Source of the DNA: an uncultured Actinomycetota bacterium
Lineage (GTDB): Bacteria > Actinomycetota > Actinomycetes > Actinomycetales > Cellulomonadaceae
DNA: 24,000 nt
Assembly: GCA_963777075.1 (NCBI GenBank)
Contig: CAVZPH010000004.1
Span: forward strand, 79,670 to 103,669
Direction of reading: 5' to 3'
Position numbers and translations under genes: made by a program. This document shows, piece after piece, positions 8,511 to 16,226 of this stretch (position 1 is the stretch's first letter; each line of letters begins with the position of its first letter). The notes under the pieces were generated by a model that saw only the letters and a program-made list of their open reading frames with translations, searched no databases and was not told the origin of the DNA.

Positions 8511-10088
8511 ATGAGTACGGTCGCAGCACCGCCCCCAGGGCTCACCAGTCGGAAGAGCGCCCAGCTCCACGTCCAGCGCTTCGGCGCGTTCCTCACCGGA
8601 ATGATCATGCCCAACCTCCCGGCGTTCATCGCCTGGGGCCTGATCACGTCCCTGTTCATCGCCGCAGGCTGGCTGCCCAACGGCGTCCTCGGCGGCTTCG
8701 GCAACGCGGACCTCGCGGGCAGCTGGCAGGGCGCGGCGACCGCGCTCGCGACGGCGGACGACGGCACCACGTTCCACCAGTACCTCGGCCTCGTCGGCCC
8801 GATGATCGTCTACTTGCTGCCGCTGCTCATCGCCAACCAGGGCGGGCGTATGGTCTACGGCGAGCGCGGTGGCGTCGTCGCCTCGATCGCCACGATGGGT
8901 GTCATCGTCGGAAGCACCATCCCGATGTTCCTCGGCGCCATGGTCATCGGCCCGCTCGCCGGATGGCTGATGAAGAAGATCGACAGCATCTGGGACGGCA
9001 AGATCAAGCCCGGCTTCGAGATGCTCGTCAACATGTACTCCGCCGGGATCCTCGGCATGGGGCTCGCGATCCTCGCGTTCTTCGGTGTCGCGCCGTTCGT
9101 CACGAACGTCAGCTCCTGGCTCGGCTCGGGCGTCCAGTCGCTCGCCGACGCCAACCTTCTCCCGCTGATGAGCATCATCGTCGAGCCCGCCAAGGTGCTG
9201 TTCCTCAACAACGCGATCGGCAACGGCACGCTCGTGCCGCTCGGCGTGCAGCAGGCGCTCGACACGGGCCACTCGCTGCTGTTCCTCGTCGAGGCGAACC
9301 CCGGCCCCGGCTTCGGCCTCCTGCTGGCGTTCATGCTCTTCGGGATCGGGACCGCCCGCGCCTCCGCGCCCGGTGCGATCATCATCCAGTTCCTCGGTGG
9401 CATCCACGAGGTCTACTTCCCGTTCGTGCTGATGAAGCCGGTCCTGATCGTCGCCATGATCGCCGGTGGTGCCACGGGCGTCGCGACCAACGCGATCTTC
9501 GACAGCGGTCTGCGGGCTCCTGCCGCACCGGGAAGCATCATCGCGGTGCTCGCCCAGACGCCGAAGGGCAGCTACCTCGGGGTCATCCTCTCCGTGGTTC
9601 TCTCCGCAGCCGTGACCTTCCTCATCGCAGCGGTCATTCTCCGGGCCTCCCGCAAGCGTGACCTCGAGTCCGAGAACGCCGGTGACCTCTCGGCCGCGAT
9701 CGCCCAGACCGAGGCCAACAAGGGCAAGAGCAGCAGCGTCCTGTCGACCCTCGGCGGCACCGCCACGGCCGTCGCCACCCGCCCGATCGAGCTGATCATC
9801 TTCGCCTGCGACGCAGGCATGGGCTCGAGCGTGATGGGTGCCAGCGTCCTTCGCGACAAGCTCAAGAAGGCCGGTGTCACGGGCGTGACCGTCGTGAACA
9901 AGGCGGTCGCGAACCTCGAGGAGGGCGCCGACCTGGTGATCAGCCAGCGTGAGCTCACGCCGCGCGCTCAGCACCAGGCACCGGGCTCGCGCCACGTGTC
10001 CGTCGACAACTTCATGAACAGCCCCGTCTACGACGACGTCGTGGCCGAGGCCAAGGCGAGCCACGAGAAGGGCCAGGAGTCCCGATGA
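8511..10088 (+). CDS. mtlA: PTS mannitol transporter subunit IICB
   Basis: VQRFGAFLTGMIMPNLPAFIAWGLITSLFI...GWLPN...YLGLVGPMIVYLLPLLIANQGGRMVYGERGGVV...GGIHEVYFPFVLMKP and a IIB domain IIFACDAGMGSSVMGASVLRDKLKKAG. Confidence 0.95.
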   Translation: MSTVAAPPPGLTSRKSAQLHVQRFGAFLTGMIMPNLPAFIAWGLITSLFIAAGWLPNGVLGGFGNADLAGSWQGAATALATADDGTTFHQYLGLVGPMIVYLLPLLIANQGGRMVYGERGGVVASIATMGVIVGSTIPMFLGAMVIGPLAGWLMKKIDSIWDGKIKPGFEMLVNMYSAGILGMGLAILAFFGVAPFVTNVSSWLGSGVQSLADANLLPLMSIIVEPAKVLFLNNAIGNGTLVPLGVQQALDTGHSLLFLVEANPGPGFGLLLAFMLFGIGTARASAPGAIIIQFLGGIHEVYFPFVLMKPVLIVAMIAGGATGVATNAIFDSGLRAPAAPGSIIAVLAQTPKGSYLGVILSVVLSAAVTFLIAAVILRASRKRDLESENAGDLSAAIAQTEANKGKSSSVLSTLGGTATAVATRPIELIIFACDAGMGSSVMGASVLRDKLKKAGVTGVTVVNKAVANLEEGADLVISQRELTPRAQHQAPGSRHVSVDNFMNSPVYDDVVAEAKASHEKGQESR

Positions 10089-10522
10089 GCGAGATCCTCA
10101 CGCGCGAGCTGATCGTCGCCTCGGGCACTGCCCGGACCAAGGACGAGGCGATCCGGGAGGCCGGCGCGCTGCTGGTCGCCTCGGGCGCCGTCACTCCTGC
10201 GTACGTCGACGCGATGCTCCAGCGTGAGGAGACCGTCTCGACGTACATGGGTAGCTCCCTGGCGATCCCGCACGGCACGAACGAGGCCAAGGAGTCGATC
10301 CTGCACTCCGCCGTCTCGCTCGTCCGCTACGAGAGCCCGCTCGACTGGGGCCGGGGCGAGGTGCAGATCGTCGTCGGCATCGCCGGCGTGAACGACGAGC
10401 ACCTGAGCATCCTGTCGAAGATCGCGATCCTCTTCTCCGACCCGGTCGAGGCGCAGAAGATGGTCGACGCGAGCACGGTCGACGAGCTCTACGGGCTGCT
10501 CCAGGCGGTCAACGCGGACTAG
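10085..10522 (+). CDS. mtlF: PTS mannitol-type EIIA component
   Basis: MSEILTRELIVASGTARTKDEAIREAGALLVASGAVTPAYVDAMLQREETVSTYMGSSLAIPHGTNEAK...VRYESPLDWGRGEVQIVVGIAG; overlaps mtlA by ATGA. Confidence 0.93.
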   Translation: MSEILTRELIVASGTARTKDEAIREAGALLVASGAVTPAYVDAMLQREETVSTYMGSSLAIPHGTNEAKESILHSAVSLVRYESPLDWGRGEVQIVVGIAGVNDEHLSILSKIAILFSDPVEAQKMVDASTVDELYGLLQAVNAD

Positions 10523-10547
10523 GGCCCACAAGGCCCGACACCGTAGG

Positions 10548-10587
10548 AACGACCCCGGTCCCTCCACCTGGAGGGGCCGGGGTCGTT
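10548..10587 (+). terminator. Strong hairpin terminator downstream of mtlAF
   Basis: AACGACCCCGGTCCCTCC-ACCT-GGAGGGGCCGGGGTCGTT: a near-perfect 18-bp stem with a 4-nt loop, 26 nt past the mtlF stop. Confidence 0.85.
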
Positions 10588-10615
10588 CTCGTCCCGGCCT
10601 GCGGCGCGACCTGGG

Positions 10616-10903
10616 TCAGTCGGCGAGTGTCGCGAGGAGCTCGCCGATCCGGTGCTCGGCCTCGAGAGGGTGCCGCAGTCGCAGGTCGCGGTTGATCTCG
10701 TAGCGGTTGCGACGGCCATGCCGACTGCGGATCACGTACCCCGTCCCGACGAGGTCGTTGACGATCCCCTGTGCCGCCCGCACCCCGATCCCGACCCGCT
10801 CGGCGATGTCGCTGATCCGGGCGTCGGAGTCCGTCGCCACGCAGATGAGCACATGGCCGTGGTTCGTGAGGAACGTCCACGAGGGGACGTCGGGCGTGGT
10901 CAC
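10616..10903 (-). CDS. Winged helix-turn-helix transcriptional regulator
   Basis: VPSWTFLTNHGHVLICVATDSDARISDIAERVGIGVRAAQGIVNDLVGTGYVIRSRHGRRNRYEINRDLRLRHPLEAEHRIGELLATL; MarR/wHTH-like small regulator. Confidence 0.8.
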   Translation of the reverse strand: MTTPDVPSWTFLTNHGHVLICVATDSDARISDIAERVGIGVRAAQGIVNDLVGTGYVIRSRHGRRNRYEINRDLRLRHPLEAEHRIGELLATLAD

Positions 10904-10942
10904 GGTCGCGCTCTCCCAGCGGTCGTCGGTGTGCAGCCATCA

Positions 10943-11030
10943 AACCATGGCCCGTGAACCATGGCTTGGGCAGCAGGTCATGCTGTCGCGAGGCGGTGGG
11001 CTGTGCCAATATGTGCACTGCAAACCATGC
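10943..11030. promoter_or_regulatory. Repeated AACCATG(G/C) motifs between the wHTH gene and the SbtA-like gene
   Basis: AACCATGG 10943-10950, AACCATGG 10957-10964 (14-nt spacing) and AACCATGC 11023-11030. Confidence 0.35.
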
Positions 11031-11072
11031 ATTGCCCTGCTTCTATGAGGGCCCGCGCAGATCGGACCCGAG

Positions 11073-11948
11073 ATGTCCAGCCTCGACCTGGCCCTGGCCA
11101 ACCTCACCCACCCGGCGATCCTCGCCTTCGTCCTCGGTGTCGTCGCGGTGCTGGTGCGCAGCGACCTGCACATCCCCGCGGGTGCGGCGAAGCTCCTGTC
11201 CTCCTACCTGCTCCTCGCGATCGGGCTCAAGGGCGGCGCGGCGCTGGTCGCCGCCTCGCCGGTCGAGCTCGTCCGGCCTGTGGCCGCCACGCTGATCCTC
11301 GGGGCGGTGATCCCGGTGAGCGCGTACCTCGTCCTCAAGCGCTGGGGCAGGTTCTCGGTGGTGGATGCCGCCGGGATCGCCGCGCACTACGGCTCGGTGT
11401 CCGCGGTGACCTTCGCGGCCGCGCTCGCGTTCGCCATCGCGCACCGCGTCAGGCAGGGAGGCAACCTGCGCGCCGCCGTCGCCGAGGTGCTCGCCGGGTC
11501 GAGCATGCTGCTCCTGCTCGGCGGCATCGTCATCGGGGCGGTGGCGGGGCCGGCGGGGCGCGATCTCGTCGCGCCGGTCTTCGTCGCCCCGTTCGCCGGC
11601 GTCCTGGTGCTCTTCCTGCTCCACCTCGGAGTCGTCGCCGGCCACCGGCTCCGGGAGGTGCGCAGCACGGGTCCGTTCCTCGTCGGCTTCGCCGTGGCCA
11701 TGCCGCTGGCGGCGGGTGCGCTCGGTGCGACGCTCGGGACGCTCGCCGGGCTCTCCGTCGGCGGCGCGGCCGTCTTCGGTGCGATGGCGGCGAGCGCGTC
11801 CTACATCGCGGCGCCCGCCGCCGTGGCCGTGTCCCTCCCGGAGGCGAACCTCGGCCACGCCCTGACGGCCTCGCTCGCCGTGACGTTCCCGTTCAACCTC
11901 GCGGTGGGCATCCCGCTCTACCACGCGCTCGCGACCCGGCTGGGGTAG
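11073..11948 (+). CDS. Sodium-dependent bicarbonate transport family permease (SbtA-like)
   Basis: KLLSSYLLLAIGLKGGAALVA...AAHYGSVSAVTFAAALAF...FLLHLGVVAGHRLREV...GGAAVFGAMAASASYIAAPAAVAVSLPEANLGHALTASLAVTFPFNLAVGIPLYHALA; SbtA-family motifs. Confidence 0.85.
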   Translation: MSSLDLALANLTHPAILAFVLGVVAVLVRSDLHIPAGAAKLLSSYLLLAIGLKGGAALVAASPVELVRPVAATLILGAVIPVSAYLVLKRWGRFSVVDAAGIAAHYGSVSAVTFAAALAFAIAHRVRQGGNLRAAVAEVLAGSSMLLLLGGIVIGAVAGPAGRDLVAPVFVAPFAGVLVLFLLHLGVVAGHRLREVRSTGPFLVGFAVAMPLAAGALGATLGTLAGLSVGGAAVFGAMAASASYIAAPAAVAVSLPEANLGHALTASLAVTFPFNLAVGIPLYHALATRLG

Positions 11949-12223
11949 TGCGACACGCGTACGCGGAGCCCTGACGTCGTCATCACTGGTCTCTGACCGG
12001 CGGTGATCCCGTGGGTGGCTCAGGAGGCTCGAGCTCCTTCGGCCAGTCCTGCGGCTGGCCGGCCGTGTGAAGACGCCTCATCACCTGACCCGCGGCGCGA
12101 CGGTGAGACGGTCCAAGCCGAAGCCGTGTCGTGTCGTGGGCTCCGCGTGCCTGCTGAGTCAGGTCCGTGAGGCCAGGGAAGCGGTGTCGAGGGGGCCGCG
12201 TCCGGTGCCGGACGAGCGGGACC

Positions 12224-12955
12224 TCAGGTGTCAGCGGCGTCGACGATCCGGTCCAGCCACTCGCGCATGAGGCGCTGCTCGGCCCCGGTGAGTGTCGGGG
12301 ACTGCGGGAGGAGCGTCCGCAGGGCGACCGCCGCGGCGGTCGTCCCTCCGTCGGTCGTGGCCGGCGCATCGGTGAGGATCGCACGAAGCACGGCCTCGTA
12401 CATGGCTCCCGAGAGCCCCGGGTCTCGTTCGGCCGGCGGAGTCGAGAGCAGGGCCAGGACGGTCCCGGTCCCCGCCGCGTGGATGAGGCCGATCGCTCGG
12501 TCCTCGCTCACCCGCAGCCGGCCCGTCGCCGCGATACGCCGCACCCGGGACCGGAGGACCTCCTTGCCGAGGTCTGCTGCGGGCGAGTGCATCCCTCGCT
12601 CGGGCGAGCTGAGCAGGGTGAACAGCGTCGGGTTCGACATCCCGAAGTCGATCTGCATGTCCCAGCCGGTCCGCAGGTCGTCGATCGGGTCCGTGTCCGC
12701 CGAGGCAGCGGACTCTGCAACCGCCGCCTTGGTCGAGACGTAGGTGGCCATCACATGCTCGGCGACGGCGTCGAGCAGTCCGTCCTTGTCCCCGAAGAGC
12801 CGATAGATCGTCGGGGCCTGGATGCCGGCGGCCTGGGCCACGGCCCGCGTCGTGACCGCTGCGGGACCCTCGGCCCGGAGCAGGCGCGCGGCGACGTCGA
12901 CGACTCGCGCCCTGGTCGTGACCTGATGGGCGGCTCTCGGGGTGGGGTCCGACAT
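12224..12955 (-). CDS. TetR/AcrR family transcriptional regulator
   Basis: RARVVDVAARLLRAEGPAAVTTRAVAQAAGIQAPTIYRLFGDKDGLLDAVAEHVMATYV; canonical TetR N-terminal HTH. Confidence 0.92.
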   Translation of the reverse strand: MSDPTPRAAHQVTTRARVVDVAARLLRAEGPAAVTTRAVAQAAGIQAPTIYRLFGDKDGLLDAVAEHVMATYVSTKAAVAESAASADTDPIDDLRTGWDMQIDFGMSNPTLFTLLSSPERGMHSPAADLGKEVLRSRVRRIAATGRLRVSEDRAIGLIHAAGTGTVLALLSTPPAERDPGLSGAMYEAVLRAILTDAPATTDGGTTAAAVALRTLLPQSPTLTGAEQRLMREWLDRIVDAADT

Positions 12956-12964
12956 GTTTCCAAC

Positions 12965-12984
12965 GATATCGCAACGTTGCTATC
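12965..12984. promoter_or_regulatory. Candidate TetR operator
   Basis: GATATCGCAACGTTGCTATC in the 85-nt divergent intergenic region, with a perfect GCAACGTTGC core at 12971-12980; a further CGATATCG lies near the downstream gene start. Confidence 0.45.
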
Positions 12985-13040
12985 ACACTGTTTCCGATGA
13001 TAACTTCGCCGCGTTCCGTCGATATCGAGAGAGGCACACC

Positions 13041-13904
13041 GTGATCATCGTCACCGGCGCGACCGGAGAGCTCGGCTCCCGGATCGTCGACCGACTTCTC
13101 CGGCACGTGCCCGCCGATCAGGTGGGTGTCAGCGTCCGCGAGCCGCAGAAGGCGAGCGGTCTGAGCGCCCGTGGCGTGCGGGTGCGCGCAGGGGACTTCA
13201 CCGATCCGGACGGGCTCGCGCACGCGTTCGAGGGAGCCGACCAGGTGCTCGTGATCTCAGCAGCCATCCGGGGGCCCGGTGCTGCCCGCGCGAACCGTGT
13301 CGCCATCGATGCGGCCGTCGCGGCCGGAGCGCACCGTGTGCTCTACACGAGCCATCAAGCAGCATCGAGGGACTCCCTCTTCGGGCCCCAACCCGCGCAT
13401 GCGGCAGCCCAGGAGCACCTTGCCGGCCTCGGCGTCCCCTTCACTGCGCTGCGCAACGGCTTCTATGCCAGCACCGTGCAGTACTACGTGGCCCGGGCGA
13501 CGCAGAGCGGACAGCTGGCGCTTCCCGCGGACGGGCCGGTCTCCTGGACCGCGCATGCCGATCTCGCCGAGGTCGCGGCCATCGCCCTCGCCCGGGAAGG
13601 GCTGCTCGACGGCGTCACGCCCCCGCTGACCGCACCCCAGCTGCTCGACTTCGAGGACATCGCAGGAGTGCTCACCGATCTCACCGGTCGCCACGTCGAG
13701 CGGATCGTGGTCGACGACGAGGAGTGGAAGGCCGCAGAAGTCGCCGGCGGCATGCCCGAGGCCGCCGCCGACTTCTCCCTCGGATTGTTCCGGGCGGCCC
13801 GTCGCGGCGAGTTCGCCGTCACCGACCCCACCCTCGAGACGGTCCTCGGGCGCCCGGCGACGCCTCTGCGGGCCGTGCTGCAGTCCGTCGTGGCCGCACG
13901 ATGA
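13041..13904 (+). CDS. NmrA/SDR-type NAD(P)H-binding oxidoreductase
   Basis: GTG start 13041 preceded by GAGAGAGG; VIIVTGATGELGSRIVDRLLRHVPADQVGVSVREPQKA...VRVRAGDFTDPDGLAHAFEGADQVLVISA; QOR2/NmrA-like. Confidence 0.9.
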   Translation: MIIVTGATGELGSRIVDRLLRHVPADQVGVSVREPQKASGLSARGVRVRAGDFTDPDGLAHAFEGADQVLVISAAIRGPGAARANRVAIDAAVAAGAHRVLYTSHQAASRDSLFGPQPAHAAAQEHLAGLGVPFTALRNGFYASTVQYYVARATQSGQLALPADGPVSWTAHADLAEVAAIALAREGLLDGVTPPLTAPQLLDFEDIAGVLTDLTGRHVERIVVDDEEWKAAEVAGGMPEAAADFSLGLFRAARRGEFAVTDPTLETVLGRPATPLRAVLQSVVAAR

Positions 13905-14061
13905 GACCACATGTGCTGCCTCTCCTCTGAGGATGCGGTGTCGCATCCCGTCGCCGCAGAACGTGCCGGCGGGGTGACCGCGGTGACAGGCCGGCCGAGT
14001 GCTGCGACACCGACCAGGCTCCACTGTCCCCTGGGTGCGCCTGGCCTGGCATGGGCCGGAC

Positions 14062-14125
14062 GGCAGCCTGCGCGCCGCCGTCGCCGAGGTGCGCGCCGGG
14101 TCGAGCACGCTGCTCCCGCTCGGCG
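14062..14125 (+). pseudogene. 64-bp degenerate copy of an internal segment of the SbtA-like permease gene (source 11460-11523)
   Basis: GGCAGCCTGCGCGCCGCCGTCGCCGAGGTGCGCGCCGGGTCGAGCACGCTGCTCCCGCTCGGCG versus 11460-11523 GGCAACCTGCGCGCCGCCGTCGCCGAGGTGCTCGCCGGGTCGAGCATGCTGCTCCTGCTCGGCG: 4 mismatches in 64. Confidence 0.7.
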
Positions 14126-14312
14126 CTTCGTGATCGTGGCCATGTCTCCCGAGGAGAGCGCGCCCTTGCTGTCATGTATCTGCCAGATATAGTGTGTGCA
14201 ATGGTCGCGGCACGGTCGCGTCCACGCCCGAGGGGAACCCGGGGCGTTCGGGGTGGTGGCCCTCCTCGAGCCCCCGGCGCCCCTGGAGCCGACCCGAACG
14301 GAGCTCTCTGCC

Positions 14313-15227
14313 ATGACGATCGTCCGACCTCTCCCCACGCCCGGCGTCCGGCCCTTGTCCCGTCGGCGCGCACAGGTGAACTTCGCCGTCTTCGCCGTCG
14401 TCGTGATCGGGATCGGCTGGGCGGGCGTCGCAGTCGACCGGCTGGGAGGGGCGAGCCTCTCAGGTGGTGGAGTCGTGCCCACCGGCGAGAGCTCGAGCGG
14501 GCAGGGCCTGTGGATCCTCGTGCCGGCGCTGACGGCGCTCGCGTTGACGTACCTGAGGCCCGACGGCGCCGGTCGCCTGGGGCTCACCCTGCGCTTCGGG
14601 CATCGTGCCCGCTGGTTCGGGTTCGCTGCCCTGCTGTTCCCGGTCACGATGGCGGTGACCGTGCTCGTCGGGGTGGCGCTGGGTCTGACGACCGTCCATG
14701 CGGCGCCCGCGCCGGGCAGGCCCGGCTTCCTCGCCGCCGTCGTCGCGGGTGTCGGCGTCCTCGGCCTGAAGAACGTCGTCGAGGAGTTCACCTTCAGGGG
14801 CTACGGCACGAGGACCGCGATGGCCACGGGCCTGCGCGGCGCGGCACCGCATGTGCTCGTCAGCGTCGTGTGGGCGTGCTGGCACCTGCCGCTGTACCTG
14901 GTCTGGACGTCGGCCGCCGACCGGCCCATGGTCACGAGTCTCGACTGGCCGGAGTTCATCCCGATGTTCTTCGTCGGCGCGGTCGCGCTGGGACTCGTCC
15001 TCGGCGAGCTCCGCGTCGCGACGGGGTCGATCTGGCCTGGCGTCGTGCTGCACACCGTCGCCAACGCGGTGGCGATCCCGCTGCTGGCCAATGGCCACAT
15101 CTCCTTCGACGGCCATGCCGACGCGCTCGTCGGTGTCCAGCCGTCCTCGATCGCCACGATGCTCATGTTCGGAGCGATCGGATGGGTGCTCGTCCGCCGC
15201 CGGACGCGCGGCCCGGTGGGTGGGTAG
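14313..15227 (+). CDS. CPBP family intramembrane glutamic endopeptidase (Abi/CAAX-like)
   Basis: NVVEEFTFRGYGTRTAMATGLRG...HVLVSVVWACWHLPLYLVW...GSIWPGVVLHTVANAVAIPLL; EExxxRG, (F/W)xxxH and HxxxN motifs of CPBP proteases. Confidence 0.88.
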   Translation: MTIVRPLPTPGVRPLSRRRAQVNFAVFAVVVIGIGWAGVAVDRLGGASLSGGGVVPTGESSSGQGLWILVPALTALALTYLRPDGAGRLGLTLRFGHRARWFGFAALLFPVTMAVTVLVGVALGLTTVHAAPAPGRPGFLAAVVAGVGVLGLKNVVEEFTFRGYGTRTAMATGLRGAAPHVLVSVVWACWHLPLYLVWTSAADRPMVTSLDWPEFIPMFFVGAVALGLVLGELRVATGSIWPGVVLHTVANAVAIPLLANGHISFDGHADALVGVQPSSIATMLMFGAIGWVLVRRRTRGPVGG

Positions 15228-15268
15228 GCGATGGCTCGGGTGCGCGGGCGAGGGCCGCTGCGAGCTGA

Positions 15269-15312
15269 GGAGCGGGTGAGGAGAATCGAACTCCCGTAGC
15301 CAGTTTGGAAGA
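15269..15312 (-). other. tRNA-Gly(TCC) 3' half without its 5' half; probable integrative-element attachment site duplicate (attR-like)
   Basis: Minus strand: TCTTCCAAACTGGCTACGGGAGTTCGATTCTCCTCACCCGCTCC = anticodon loop (CTTCCAA), 3' anticodon strand ACTGG, variable CTAC, T-arm GGGAG-TTCGATT-CTCCT, acceptor strand CACCCGC and TCC. The upstream sequence (…CTTTCCGGG) does not pair with ACTGG or form D/acceptor arms. Confidence 0.8.
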
Positions 15313-15425
15313 GACCCGGAAAGGTTGCTCCGGCCCTGGTCGCAGCGCGTTTGTGCAGGTCAGACGCTTGCGAGACTACACCGAAGTGAACCGAAATGCA
15401 CCCGGATGATCACCGCTATGGCACG

Positions 15426-15441
15426 TTATGGCATGCCATAA
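15426..15441. repeat. Perfect 16-bp palindrome next to the tRNA fragment
   Basis: TTATGGCATGCCATAA, flanked by the wider imperfect CCGCTATGGCACG...AAGCGG. Confidence 0.6.
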
Positions 15442-15566
15442 GCGGCTGACTACATGGGTTTCGGAACGGGTGTAGCCAGTCGAGCGGGGCGAGCGGGGGC
15501 TCACACAGGTGCAGCCTACGCGCGTCGCGCTCGTGCTCGACCGGGGCGCGGCGCGTCCGGTGGGCT

Positions 15567-16226
15567 TCAGGCCGTGCCGTCCTGGGCCTGCCCGCGGAGG
15601 GTCGTGGCCCACTCGGCGAAGAAGCGCCGGAGGTCGCTCACGTGCGCGCCGTCCATCGGGATGTCCGCGTCGGTGTACCGGTCGAGGTAGCCGATCATCT
15701 CGGCGAGCACGCCGGGTTCGACGCCCGCGTCCTGGTCACGTGCGAGGCGGTAGAGGGTCGGCGGGTCGTAGCGCTCGGAGAGCTCGAAGATGTCGGCGAA
15801 GTCGCGGGCGGCCGCGCGATCGAAGAGCGCGAGGACCTTGCGAGCAGCCAGCTCCTGCGGCGCGAAGGTCGGCCCAAGGATGCTCACCGTCGCCGCGAGG
15901 ACCGGCGGGGCTTCCAGGGCAAGGTCGACGAGCAGGTCCTCGGGCCCATGGACCAGCAGGCGGCAGAAGTCGCCGTCCTGACGGATTCTCTCGACGCGCC
16001 ATCCGCGTGCCGTGGCCGCCTGCTCGAAGGCGTCGCGGGCTTTGGCGACGTCGCCGGCCCGTCGGGTGAACAGGTCGAGGTCCTGGGTCGGGCGACTGGT
16101 CAGCCCCTGGGCCAGGAGCGCGGCACCGCCGGCGAGCAGATACGAGCCCGCTGCCGGCAGGGAGAAGAAGAGCTGGGCCACCTCGATCTGGAAGCCCGTC
16201 GGTGCCTCGCCGCGGTTCCCGGTCAT
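15567..16226 (-). CDS. Nucleotidyltransferase AbiEii/AbiGii-family toxin
   Basis: YLLAGGAALLAQGLTSRPTQDLDLFTRR (GG...RxTxDxDL NTase motif) and APQELAARKVLALFDRAAARDFADIFELSERYD (K...R..RDxxD motif). Start at ATG 16226 overlapping the upstream gene stop. Confidence 0.87.
   Translation of the reverse strand: MTGNRGEAPTGFQIEVAQLFFSLPAAGSYLLAGGAALLAQGLTSRPTQDLDLFTRRAGDVAKARDAFEQAATARGWRVERIRQDGDFCRLLVHGPEDLLVDLALEAPPVLAATVSILGPTFAPQELAARKVLALFDRAAARDFADIFELSERYDPPTLYRLARDQDAGVEPGVLAEMIGYLDRYTDADIPMDGAHVSDLRRFFAEWATTLRGQAQDGTA

Noticed and set aside
8475-10064. 529-aa antisense ORF opposite mtlA and similar long antisense ORFs (e.g. 11043-11924, 12167-13000, 14460-15116, 19589-20452)
   Set aside because: All mirror confident genes on the opposite strand in a high-GC genome and show His/Arg/Asp/Gly-rich composition without family motifs.
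11983-12223. Minus-strand ORF tail …QVMRRLHTAGQPQDWPKELEPPEPPTGSPPVRDQ downstream of tetR
   Set aside because: Looks somewhat protein-like, but it has no convincing start or SD and its N-terminal half is an out-of-frame reading of tetR; possible pseudogene remnant but unsupported.
14196-14312. N-terminal extension of the CPBP protease ORF to 14196
   Set aside because: The extension is Arg/Pro/Glu-rich and unconvincing; ATG 14313 gives a sensible N-terminus leading into the first transmembrane helix.
15269-15312. Complete functional tRNA gene
   Set aside because: The D-arm, 5' acceptor strand and 5' anticodon strand are missing, so this is a fragment rather than an expressed tRNA.
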